From: an uncultured virus (IMG/VR IMGVR_UViG_3300027751_000010)
Taxonomy: Duplodnaviria > Heunggongvirae > Uroviricota > Caudoviricetes
Length of the DNA: 64,000 bases
IMG/VR virus record: IMGVR_UViG_3300027751_000010
Direction: 5' to 3' (one strand)
The position numbers and the translations under genes are program-made. The notes beneath the pieces were generated by a model. It searched no databases and was not told where the DNA came from. It saw only the letters and a list, made by a program, of their open reading frames with translations. Within the stretch, counting starts at the first letter, position 1. Each line of letters starts with the position of its first letter. Below are positions 56,503 to 64,000 of this stretch, piece after piece.

Positions 56503-56531
56503 ATAGTACGCTAAAACGCACTAAATGTCAA
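56503..56531 (-). promoter_or_regulatory. sigma70-like promoter TTGACA-N17-TACTAT
   Basis: near consensus. Confidence 0.65.
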
Positions 56532-56965
56532 GAGCGATATCTAATATATGGTACGTATGGAATACCAAAACGGGAATAAATTTCTGATTCTATTTGTTCA
56601 ACAGTATAATAGTCTTTCAAGTTTTTTGTATCCCAAATATACCTCGCAAGATCTAGTGTGAGGTCTGGGATTTTACGAACAGTATATATGGATAGGTACT
56701 CAGCAAAGACATTTACTTCAAAGAATAATCTCCACTGCGGAGAAAGTTTTGAGAGAATCCAGCGGGCGCCTAGTGTGCGGTAGAATTGCCGCACGTAGCA
56801 CATGCCTATGGACTTCTTTGAACCACAGTGGCTATCTTTTAATGTGAATAAAACTGGACCAACTGGAATACAGCACCTATGTTCTTGTCCTTTTGGTAGC
56901 TTGTTCAATTCAAAATGAAAGCACGGTAGCCAACCTAATGCTTTCTTTACACCCACAAACTTCAT
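56528..56965 (-). CDS. hypothetical protein
   Basis: likely start MKFVGV overlapping upstream stop. Confidence 0.55.
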   Translation of the reverse strand: MKFVGVKKALGWLPCFHFELNKLPKGQEHRCCIPVGPVLFTLKDSHCGSKKSIGMCYVRQFYRTLGARWILSKLSPQWRLFFEVNVFAEYLSIYTVRKIPDLTLDLARYIWDTKNLKDYYTVEQIESEIYSRFGIPYVPYIRYRS

Positions 56966-57465
56966 AAACCTAATTCCTTTAATGCAGCAATCGTGCTTGC
57001 TGCGTCTGTATGTAAAATGCCGATGCCGCCAGCGCGGCGCCATGTACCAATGTTGAGATCTCTGTCATCTATCAAAATATGATTGTCAGCCGCCCACTGC
57101 TTTTTATCAGTGCCCCTAACTGTTGTATAAATATTGTCAAAGCCATGCAAGTTATCGTGTACCCAGCGTATCTTCTCAGCCTTTGCAGGAACTGCTGGCT
57201 CACCTGTTGCAGTTAGTATGCTAGGTGAATATTTCACCACGTAGTTCCAAAGCTGGTCAGCATCTGGCATCTTATCTAGGTCATCAAAAATAGACCTGCC
57301 CCCAGCGCGCTCACGCTCTACAAACTTACTAAAACCTATACCCATCGCCCGCAGTTCAGCAAACGTTCTGCCAGTGCGTCCTTGAACCATTTTGTCCAAG
57401 TCAGCAACAACGCCGTCCAAATCTACAAAAATCTTATACCGCTTATCTAACTCAAACAACTTCAT
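56962..57465 (-). CDS. HAD 5'(3')-deoxyribonucleotidase-like protein
   Basis: FVDLDGVVAD, ILTA, K..W, ILIDD...N...W..AGG.GI.H. Confidence 0.88.
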   Translation of the reverse strand: MKLFELDKRYKIFVDLDGVVADLDKMVQGRTGRTFAELRAMGIGFSKFVERERAGGRSIFDDLDKMPDADQLWNYVVKYSPSILTATGEPAVPAKAEKIRWVHDNLHGFDNIYTTVRGTDKKQWAADNHILIDDRDLNIGTWRRAGGIGILHTDAASTIAALKELGL

Positions 57466-57494
57466 TACGTAACCGTCCTCTGTGGGCTTTTACG

Positions 57495-57502
57495 TATTTA
57501 TC
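57495..57502 (-). promoter_or_regulatory. T4-late-like promoter GATAAATA
   Basis: tatttatc at the gene boundary. Confidence 0.65.
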
Positions 57503-57842
57503 AACTCATTAAAATTATATAGAGAGTATGAAATCCAAGAAGTACAATAGCAGCATATATACTATTCATCAGCCACAATGTCGTTGGTAATGTCTTGTAC
57601 ATTGCTGTGTTAGTATCTAATTTATCTATAAGATACGCGAATAATAATAATATAGCACCTTTTAATAAAAACATAGATGCTATGCCGTATTCGTCTATCA
57701 AAAACTTCATCGCGGGATTCACTTCAATCATTGTAGACCCAGATGCAAAAATGCACAACGAAGTCAAACAAGCATCCCATAAATTCAAAATGACTAAAAC
57801 AACAAAAGGAAGATTGATCTTAGAGTTCAAAGACAAACCCAT
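57501..57842 (-). CDS. DUF5658-like membrane protein
   Basis: LN.WDA.LT...E.NP.M...K pattern, three TM helices. Confidence 0.75.
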   Translation of the reverse strand: MGLSLNSKINLPFVVLVILNLWDACLTSLCIFASGSTMIEVNPAMKFLIDEYGIASMFLLKGAILLLFAYLIDKLDTNTAMYKTLPTTLWLMNSIYAAIVLLGFHTLYIILMS

Positions 57843-58629
57843 TTATAAACCCTTCATTAAGTTTGTTAGGGTAGTATCCCCGAGGATTGCAAAGTATCCT
57901 CGTCCCGTGTATTTCAAAGTCTACGTTGTCGTGCGTATGACCATGACACCAAACCGCAATGTCGTGCTCTGCAATAAACTCATCCAGGTTTGTTACGTAT
58001 GCAGGGTTGAGTGGGTGTCTCCTAAAATGTTCAGGAACACAAAGAGGGTGTGGCAAGTGGTGTGTTACAACCACGGTAGGACCGTCCCATGGTTTAGCAA
58101 GCTGAATACGCATAAACTCCCGCGTGTCAATGTGTGCCACCACAGTATCGTTAGGATGGAACTTGCGGTTCATTCCATGGTATTTGGGGTTGTAATCAAT
58201 TTTGCGTATAACGTCAAAATCATTCATACCATCCTTTGCCTTCTGCTTCGCAAACCAATCATCATTATCAAAATCAGTCCACAGCGTTCCGCCCATGATC
58301 CGCACGTGGTCGATATATGCTACATCATCATCAAGCAAGATGAAATTATCTGGCGTAACAAAATCGCGCCACTCTTGTCTCACCTCATCGTAAATATGAT
58401 TGTAAAATTCGTGGTTGCCAAGCACGTAAGCCACGTAGCGGAACTGCTCGCAGCATTGCAAAATAAAATCAATTGCGTCCCCACCGAGGTCAACGTCACC
58501 AGCAAGGATCAGCACAGTTTCCTTGTCATCGGCCTGCGGCTCGATAAGGAAATTTGTATAGCCAGGTTTGGGGTTATCCGCTTGCGGATTAAACTCTAGG
58601 TGTAAATCGCTTAGTAATTTAAACTTCAT
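57820..58629 (-). CDS. calcineurin-like metallophosphoesterase
   Basis: SDLHLE, LAGD, GNHEFY, VTHH.P, HGHTH, NPRGY. Confidence 0.93.
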   Translation of the reverse strand: MKFKLLSDLHLEFNPQADNPKPGYTNFLIEPQADDKETVLILAGDVDLGGDAIDFILQCCEQFRYVAYVLGNHEFYNHIYDEVRQEWRDFVTPDNFILLDDDVAYIDHVRIMGGTLWTDFDNDDWFAKQKAKDGMNDFDVIRKIDYNPKYHGMNRKFHPNDTVVAHIDTREFMRIQLAKPWDGPTVVVTHHLPHPLCVPEHFRRHPLNPAYVTNLDEFIAEHDIAVWCHGHTHDNVDFEIHGTRILCNPRGYYPNKLNEGFINGFVFEL

Positions 58630-58644
58630 GTGTTTACCTTTAAC

Positions 58645-58686
58645 TCTCAGTATCTATATTATACTAAAAGATGAGCCAAATGTCAA
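58645..58686 (-). promoter_or_regulatory. sigma70-like promoter, repeated cassette copy 3 (TTGACA-N17-TATAAT)
   Basis: tctcagtatctatattatactaaaagatgagccaaa shared with 28052 and 24294. Confidence 0.85.
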
Positions 58687-58698
58687 GAGAAATCAGGG

Positions 58699-59265
58699 CT
58701 AAGTCCATAAAGATTGGCGAATTTCCATCAATTTTTGGAGCATTTCTTGGGTTTTTGCGTTATGTTGGGCTTCCAATTCGTTGGTTTTGTCGCACCAATC
58801 ACGCCATGCAGCATATTCTTCCACATGTGTTTTCCTCCAGCTCTCTTCGAAAACCTCCAAGCCAACTGCCGAAATATCTGGAGAAGATTCACACTCTAGG
58901 TCTTCGTAGGTTGGGTATTCATCTTTCCACCAAAGATAAAGCTCCTTGGTTATCTTTGCAGCGTTCACCTGACTTTCATTCATCCTGTCCCATTCGGGTG
59001 CATCTGCTTCTATGTTATTGTTGTAATTTATAGCCCAGTCAAGATGTTGCAGACCAGCTTCGCGAGGAGAGAGATTTTTGTCGCTGCTCATAGATGGTAG
59101 TTCAGTCTCTACATATTCAACGAGAAGGGAAAAACAAGCGTGGAGCATACGTGTGTCAATATCATAATAGTTGGGTTTTAGACCTGTATTTACGATATGA
59201 TAACGATAGCTAGGGTGAAGTCGGTGCCGGAACCAGCGTTTTACATCTTTTAATTTTCTGAACAT
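58699..59265 (-). CDS. hypothetical phage protein
   Basis: YYDID.RML.A.F.LLV.YVE.E...LY.WW...IR..LWT. Confidence 0.75.
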   Translation of the reverse strand: MFRKLKDVKRWFRHRLHPSYRYHIVNTGLKPNYYDIDTRMLHACFSLLVEYVETELPSMSSDKNLSPREAGLQHLDWAINYNNNIEADAPEWDRMNESQVNAAKITKELYLWWKDEYPTYEDLECESSPDISAVGLEVFEESWRKTHVEEYAAWRDWCDKTNELEAQHNAKTQEMLQKLMEIRQSLWT

Positions 59266-59270
59266 GCCGT

Positions 59271-59299
59271 ATTATAACACGTTTATATTCGGTTGTCAA
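59271..59299 (-). promoter_or_regulatory. sigma70-like promoter TTGACA-N17-TATAAT
   Basis: perfect consensus; ATG 5 nt downstream of -10. Confidence 0.85.
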
Positions 59300-59301
59300 G
59301 T

Positions 59302-59326
59302 AAAATGGGACATCCTGTCCCATTTA
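59302..59326 (-). terminator. intrinsic terminator
   Basis: aaatgggaca-tcc-tgtcccattt stem. Confidence 0.7.
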
Positions 59327-59335
59327 TCTTTTTAA

Positions 59336-59554
59336 TTAACGAAATGAACTTCGTTCTTTCCCTGGTGTAGAGACAAAGTCGTTTAACTTCTCTGCCTCCT
59401 TGACCACTTCTTCGGTCGTAGGTGAAGTTGTAGCATGACCGTTGTCATCGAGGTTTACAGAATGCTGATTCTGTAAAATCCTAAACGATAGATCAAGCAG
59501 GTCTGCTCTGATCTCATACGGGGACTTCCCCTGAGAACTTTTCATCTGTGCCAT
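59336..59554 (-). CDS. hypothetical phage protein
   Basis: KSPYEIR.DLL...PT.EEV..EA..LN.FVS. Confidence 0.75.
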   Translation of the reverse strand: MAQMKSSQGKSPYEIRADLLDLSFRILQNQHSVNLDDNGHATTSPTTEEVVKEAEKLNDFVSTPGKERSSFR

Positions 59555-59617
59555 TTTAGTCTAATCTCCTGTAGCTCTGTTTGTTATATGTGTGAATTGT
59601 GTAACATATGTTTTTTA

Positions 59618-59625
59618 TATTTATC
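59618..59625 (-). promoter_or_regulatory. T4-late-like promoter GATAAATA
   Basis: intergenic tatttatc. Confidence 0.6.
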
Positions 59626-59628
59626 TTA

Positions 59629-59961
59629 TCATCGACCATTTGGTACAAGTATACCTGGCTTATGTGGTACTTTAATTTCCGAAGAGTAATCTTCGTATAC
59701 CTGCGCTGCTTCCTTGTTGATCTTAGTTGGGTAGCCTATAATAGCTGACCGCTGGTAAACTATATCTTCCTTTTGGTCACCCAAAAACGTTGCAGGCATA
59801 AGCCCCACACCGTTAGGCCCCATTGACGCTAAACATGGCATATGGATTGTGACTTCCTTAGCTGTAATGTCCACGACCTTACCAATGATTTCTTCACCAG
59901 TAGTGAGCCGTAGCACCACCACCTTATTCAATTCTAATACCTGTGTGTTCTGTTGTAACAT
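59629..59961 (-). CDS. Sm-like fold phage protein
   Basis: VV.RL.TGEEIIG.V. Confidence 0.65.
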   Translation of the reverse strand: MLQQNTQVLELNKVVVLRLTTGEEIIGKVVDITAKEVTIHMPCLASMGPNGVGLMPATFLGDQKEDIVYQRSAIIGYPTKINKEAAQVYEDYSSEIKVPHKPGILVPNGR

Positions 59962-59962
59962 T

Positions 59963-61975
59963 CTAATCCTCCGTTAAGTCTACTATGTCGCAACCGCCTG
60001 CCGCACTGCAAGCGAGTGTCTGTGATCCTGATGTGTTGTCACCTTCCTCATATTGATTCAGCGTCAACCAATCAACTTTGTGTGGCATCTTGCCAAGCTG
60101 TTTGTCGTATTCCTCTTTTTTGATTTCCTGATACGGTGCTTGCCTATACGAATGGTTTGTGTGTGGCAGGAAAGCTACGCCACTCATATAATCAAAATAC
60201 TTGTACACCCATGCACCAACCTCTAACCATTCGTGATCCTTTACATATACTGTAATAGACGGCTTATGTTCACACCAATGTTCAGCATAAACTTTCCATA
60301 GTTCTAGCTGTTCAATAGCACCCATCGCATCACGCATAACACTTCCGCGTGGTGACTTCATTGGGAAGCCAAAGACGTAGTTATGTTCGGGTTTTGTAAC
60401 GTCGTCCTCAACTGGGAAGCCTGCATCAGCCATAAACTGTGCAAGCGGATCCTTTTTGTCAGCGCGGACAGTACGAATGTAGTAGTCAGCGTAACGAGGA
60501 TGAATGCCGCTAGCCGAATCAACTAACTGAGACACTGTGCCTGAAGGCTTGACGCATGTGATTGCTGTGGACTGATTGGTTCCTAAATTACCTGACCACG
60601 TTTTATTCTCGTCAATAGCAACGTCACGTAGGTTCCGCAGGAATTCAGGCAGCGTAATATCGCGCTTGCCCTTCTTACCACTCAAAAACTCGTTGTCCAT
60701 AATGCCCGTCAAGCTTACACCAAGCAATGCTTCTTCTTCTGTGTTCCTACGCCAATCGCGGGACAGGTAGCGGAAGTTTACTAGTGATGCTTGCAATGTG
60801 CCTAAAATAGTTGCGAGGCGAACCTTGCGTGCCAACGATTCAAAATCGTCATTGGGGCGGACAACAACCTCAGACAAATTACAAAACTGTTTGCTACGAA
60901 GCAAAATTTCGGAGCAGGGGTTTGTGCCGCGTACTTGCGAGCCATCACGCCTACCATTTTTGCTTGCGTGTCGTTGTGCTGCTTCAACATTGAAAATTCC
61001 ACGCTCGCCAGCTTTTGATTCTACGAGGGATATCCACTCCTTCATAAAAATTTCCATGTCGGGCTTCTCGGTGTACGCTACGCTATTATTTGCTAATGCG
61101 CGTTGACCATTCTGTTCCCACCACTTACCACTCTTAGCCAGCCTCATGCGATCATCTGACAGATTGGATAGGGATATTAGCGCGGAGCGGCGTACGCCAC
61201 CCACGACAACAACATCACCTACCTTACACATAAGATCGTGACACTCAATGGAGGTGAGCTTGCGGCCTGCTGCGTTGACAAACGTCTCAACCGTAAAACG
61301 GAAAAGCTGGTCTAATGGCTCTGGTCCAGAACTGCGACCACCAAATGTTTTTAGGCGCGCGCCAGCGGGGCGGAGCCTGCTCAAATCCCATTTTGGAATA
61401 CGACCAGTGTACAGCATTGCAATTAGTTCGCGGAAGCTTGTTGCCCAACCTAGCTTAGAATCTGGGACAACCAATACGCTGTCGCTAGGATGAAAATCTT
61501 CAGCCACAACAGGCATCTTGACCACTTCCTGTCGCTCCACTGAGAAACCAACACCAGTGCCACACATGAGGATGTACATCGTCTCATCAAATGCACGTGG
61601 AGAATCCACTGCAAGGAAGCTACAATTATATCCTGCTACTGTGTCACGCTCAAGTGCCTTACCTGCTGTCATCAAACAACGCATGGAAGGCATAACCTCA
61701 AGCTGTAATACTGCGGTCTCTAGCTCCGGCCTTATTTCTTTATACTTTTTGAGTCCGCTTGGATAGTTTTCAAGAATGTGCTTCTCGAAAAAATTAAAAT
61801 ACCTTGCGACTGTCTCGCCCCAAGTCTCTCTACGACCCACCTCCTCATTGTAACGCGCATACCTACTAAGATGAATAAATCTTTGGTACTCCGTTGGTAG
61901 GGCAATGCCTATTTCTGTTGTTGCTGTTGGGGGTAGTTCGCTGCTGATGGCCGCAGCAAGGTTTTCTTCTTGCAT
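59963..61975 (-). CDS. nrdJ: ribonucleotide reductase class II (B12-dependent, monomeric type)
   Basis: SRYAR, YNCS, GTGVGFS, GGVRRSA, TNPCSEI, CNLSE, KPSGT, C-terminal C....C; start MQEE with AGGAG. Confidence 0.92.
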   Translation of the reverse strand: MQEENLAAAISSELPPTATTEIGIALPTEYQRFIHLSRYARYNEEVGRRETWGETVARYFNFFEKHILENYPSGLKKYKEIRPELETAVLQLEVMPSMRCLMTAGKALERDTVAGYNCSFLAVDSPRAFDETMYILMCGTGVGFSVERQEVVKMPVVAEDFHPSDSVLVVPDSKLGWATSFRELIAMLYTGRIPKWDLSRLRPAGARLKTFGGRSSGPEPLDQLFRFTVETFVNAAGRKLTSIECHDLMCKVGDVVVVGGVRRSALISLSNLSDDRMRLAKSGKWWEQNGQRALANNSVAYTEKPDMEIFMKEWISLVESKAGERGIFNVEAAQRHASKNGRRDGSQVRGTNPCSEILLRSKQFCNLSEVVVRPNDDFESLARKVRLATILGTLQASLVNFRYLSRDWRRNTEEEALLGVSLTGIMDNEFLSGKKGKRDITLPEFLRNLRDVAIDENKTWSGNLGTNQSTAITCVKPSGTVSQLVDSASGIHPRYADYYIRTVRADKKDPLAQFMADAGFPVEDDVTKPEHNYVFGFPMKSPRGSVMRDAMGAIEQLELWKVYAEHWCEHKPSITVYVKDHEWLEVGAWVYKYFDYMSGVAFLPHTNHSYRQAPYQEIKKEEYDKQLGKMPHKVDWLTLNQYEEGDNTSGSQTLACSAAGGCDIVDLTED

Positions 61976-62000
61976 GATCTCTCCTTTGTGTTTGTTGTTA

Positions 62001-62441
62001 TTAGAAAACGTTGTGTACGATTTGGTCTTCAAAATCGTCTACGATAATAATTTCCTTATAATCGTGTATGTTACTTATCACACCTAAGACGTAGTTAAAA
62101 ATGTACTTATCTTCCAGTGTTGGTACTAAAAATCTATTCCGTGTATCATCTATCAAAATTATCTTTAAATCTGCAGGATCTTCAAGAAGGATATGAAGTG
62201 TGTGATATATTAGCAAGCTCACCGTGTTTTGACAGTAGAGCTTGTGATATAAAATTTCCCAAGGAGTAGGCCAGGTATCTGGATCATAAAAATCCAAAGC
62301 CCTAGCCCCCGTAGGCATATCCGCGAAGAACTCTGCAACGTTATTTATAAGTTTTTGTCTTGGTAGACCCTTATTTTCGTCGCGAAAGTCTTTCCATTTC
62401 TTTATTCTTTCTTCCGGAGAAGAACAATTCCAGTTAGACAT
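62001..62441 (-). CDS. hypothetical phage protein
   Basis: R...W..FR...D.Y.P..WPTPWEIL. Confidence 0.75.
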   Translation of the reverse strand: MSNWNCSSPEERIKKWKDFRDENKGLPRQKLINNVAEFFADMPTGARALDFYDPDTWPTPWEILYHKLYCQNTVSLLIYHTLHILLEDPADLKIILIDDTRNRFLVPTLEDKYIFNYVLGVISNIHDYKEIIIVDDFEDQIVHNVF

Positions 62442-62448
62442 TTACGTT

Positions 62449-62477
62449 AGTATACGCTAAAACCATAAGGAAGTCAA
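62449..62477 (-). promoter_or_regulatory. sigma70-like promoter TTGACT-N17-TATACT
   Basis: consensus; ATG 7 nt downstream of -10. Confidence 0.75.
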
Positions 62478-62481
62478 GAGC

Positions 62482-64000
62482 TTATACTAGATTAATGCGT
62501 TTTATGTATCTCCACGAACAGGTAACCGCTTTGCCAGCATCAGCAGCATTGAACCACAATGTACCTGAATAAGGAAGAACAGTGACCTCGCCAGCAGCTG
62601 GTGCAGTATAGCCGTCTTTGTTAATAGTTGCTGGTGTTCCTGCAATAGTAATGGCCCAGTCTGTATCCATGGTCTCCCAAGCAACTGCATGAAAGTTTGG
62701 ATCCCAAGAGCCAGTAGTAGTGCCGTTACCAATTTTCATAACATATCTAGCATTTGTGTATGTAAGATCCATATCAAAATAAGTTCCACCAAGACCAGAT
62801 ATAACAATTGCTAAGTCTTGGGTGATACCGCCACCTGATGTATAGAATGGGGTAGAATTACGTTCGAGTGTAATGACCCCAGACACTCGTCTTATCGTAA
62901 ATATGTCATCTGCTGAACCGCCAGTAATAGAATCAGTTGTGTTAACACCTGTATCAGAAAAACTAGAAAACGTCATTAGGTCATAGTTTATGGTTCCTGT
63001 AACATTATCATTAATTCCTGTATATCTGTATCTCATAATAGACGCAGAGGTAGCTGTTGTTGTTGCAGGGCCAGCAGGATACACATTCGCCCAATCTATC
63101 AATCCTATTCCTGGATAATAATATGTAATGCCACCGGTCCGCTCGTCACAGTTCATCTTAAAATTAAATACAAAGTCACCTACCAACTGGTGTTCCAATA
63201 CTGCCATACCTCTGCCAGACTCTGTAGTCCAGTTACCTTCTTCAGTGCTAACTATTTCTGTTGGAGAATGGGTGTAATATCTCGTCATATATGGCGTTGA
63301 GGTTGTATATCTAGAAAGATCTAAGTTAGTAGATGAGGAGCCTGCACCAAGCATATATGCAGGTCCTGCCACCACAGCGCCTTCTACAGCGGCAGGAATA
63401 GTACCAGATGGGAGATCGGTTCCTGTTTCTGTTGGCAACATATATATTGTTGTCTTTTGAGAAAACGATGTTGCATCATCTTTCAATATGCCATCACCTA
63501 CAAAACAATCATAGTATTCATTTACTACAAAAGGATCTACTCCAGCGTTATCATCGAAAGTTATGGACAAACCTTCTCCTGCTAGTAATGGGCCCGCGCT
63601 TGTAGCTGTTGCTGTGGTATCTGCTGCGTTTGTTGCTAACAGTGGGCGATCGGCTGTAACCGTCAATGTGGTTCCAACTAGTGTCTCAATAATATATACG
63701 CCATCATTCTCGCCGCCATTTTCAGATCCTGAGATAGTAATATAATCACCTACGCTAAATCCATCGCCGGCCCAATCTGTACCAGTAAATGTTCCAATAA
63801 TTGTGCCACCGCTTCCACCAGCAGTATTAAATGCAAGATTTGATCCTACAAATGCTCCTGGGGCATGTGTTGTCTTAGAATTCGCATTTCCTAATTCCCA
63901 TGCTGTACCATTCCAACCATATTCGTCCCAATATAACACTGTATCATCATCGGCCAATATGCCGGAGCCGTTCCAAGCCCAACAGAAACACCCCTGGTTG
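62482..64000 (-). CDS. virion structural protein (tail/fibre-like), 5'-partial
   Basis: G/T-rich beta protein; frame open to the window edge. Confidence 0.7.
   Translation of the reverse strand, partial: NQGCFCWAWNGSGILADDDTVLYWDEYGWNGTAWELGNANSKTTHAPGAFVGSNLAFNTAGGSGGTIIGTFTGTDWAGDGFSVGDYITISGSENGGENDGVYIIETLVGTTLTVTADRPLLATNAADTTATATSAGPLLAGEGLSITFDDNAGVDPFVVNEYYDCFVGDGILKDDATSFSQKTTIYMLPTETGTDLPSGTIPAAVEGAVVAGPAYMLGAGSSSTNLDLSRYTTSTPYMTRYYTHSPTEIVSTEEGNWTTESGRGMAVLEHQLVGDFVFNFKMNCDERTGGITYYYPGIGLIDWANVYPAGPATTTATSASIMRYRYTGINDNVTGTINYDLMTFSSFSDTGVNTTDSITGGSADDIFTIRRVSGVITLERNSTPFYTSGGGITQDLAIVISGLGGTYFDMDLTYTNARYVMKIGNGTTTGSWDPNFHAVAWETMDTDWAITIAGTPATINKDGYTAPAAGEVTVLPYSGTLWFNAADAGKAVTCSWRYIKRINLV

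Noticed and set aside
57595..58599. 334-aa plus-strand ORF
   Set aside because: Antisense shadow of the metallophosphoesterase and DUF5658-like genes; no motifs or promoter.
1..64000. tRNA genes, CRISPR arrays, introns/inteins, IS elements
   Set aside because: No cloverleaf, regularly spaced repeats or transposase seen by eye; RNR, ThyA, ClpP and the clamp loader look uninterrupted. tRNAscan/Infernal were not run.

Overview
A 64-kb segment of a large (jumbo-type) tailed dsDNA phage genome in the standard genetic code, probably infecting a proteobacterium (proteobacterial-type RpoZ, FtsH and ClpXP; a PEP-CTERM protein). About 120 densely packed genes lie on the minus strand, with one clear plus-strand gene. 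Recognisable genes cover nucleotide metabolism (dCMP deaminase, GuaC, ThyA, class II RNR, HAD nucleotidases), replication/repair (clamp loader, stand-alone DnaE fragment, DenV, DEDDh exonuclease, RadC/JAB), proteostasis (ClpP, ClpX, ClpS, FtsH, Hsp20, GroES), host-takeover factors (bS21, RNAP omega, GcrA-like domain, Pth2-like), FolE/QueD, sugar enzymes and surface proteins. Two promoter classes are visible: sigma70-like (TTGAC[AT]-N17-TA[TC]AAT-like) and T4-late-like (GATAAATA). Main unusual observations: (1) a short K/R-x-x-F-x-x-x-L-x-G-type helix shared by about 25 small proteins from several unrelated families; (2) a chimeric protein joining HigA-like and DUF1778-like antitoxin segments; (3) adjacent stand-alone PheRS-N and TyrRS-S4-like tRNA-binding domains; (4) tandem late ADP-ribosyltransferase-like paralogs, one fused to a kinase; (5) promoter-spanning hairpins that would hide ribosome-binding sites in read-through RNA; (6) a ROSE-like thermometer upstream of hsp20; (7) a repeated AAATCAAnnACTTA element; (8) a deletion scar with a DNA ligase remnant. 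All family calls come from motif recognition by eye, not database searches.
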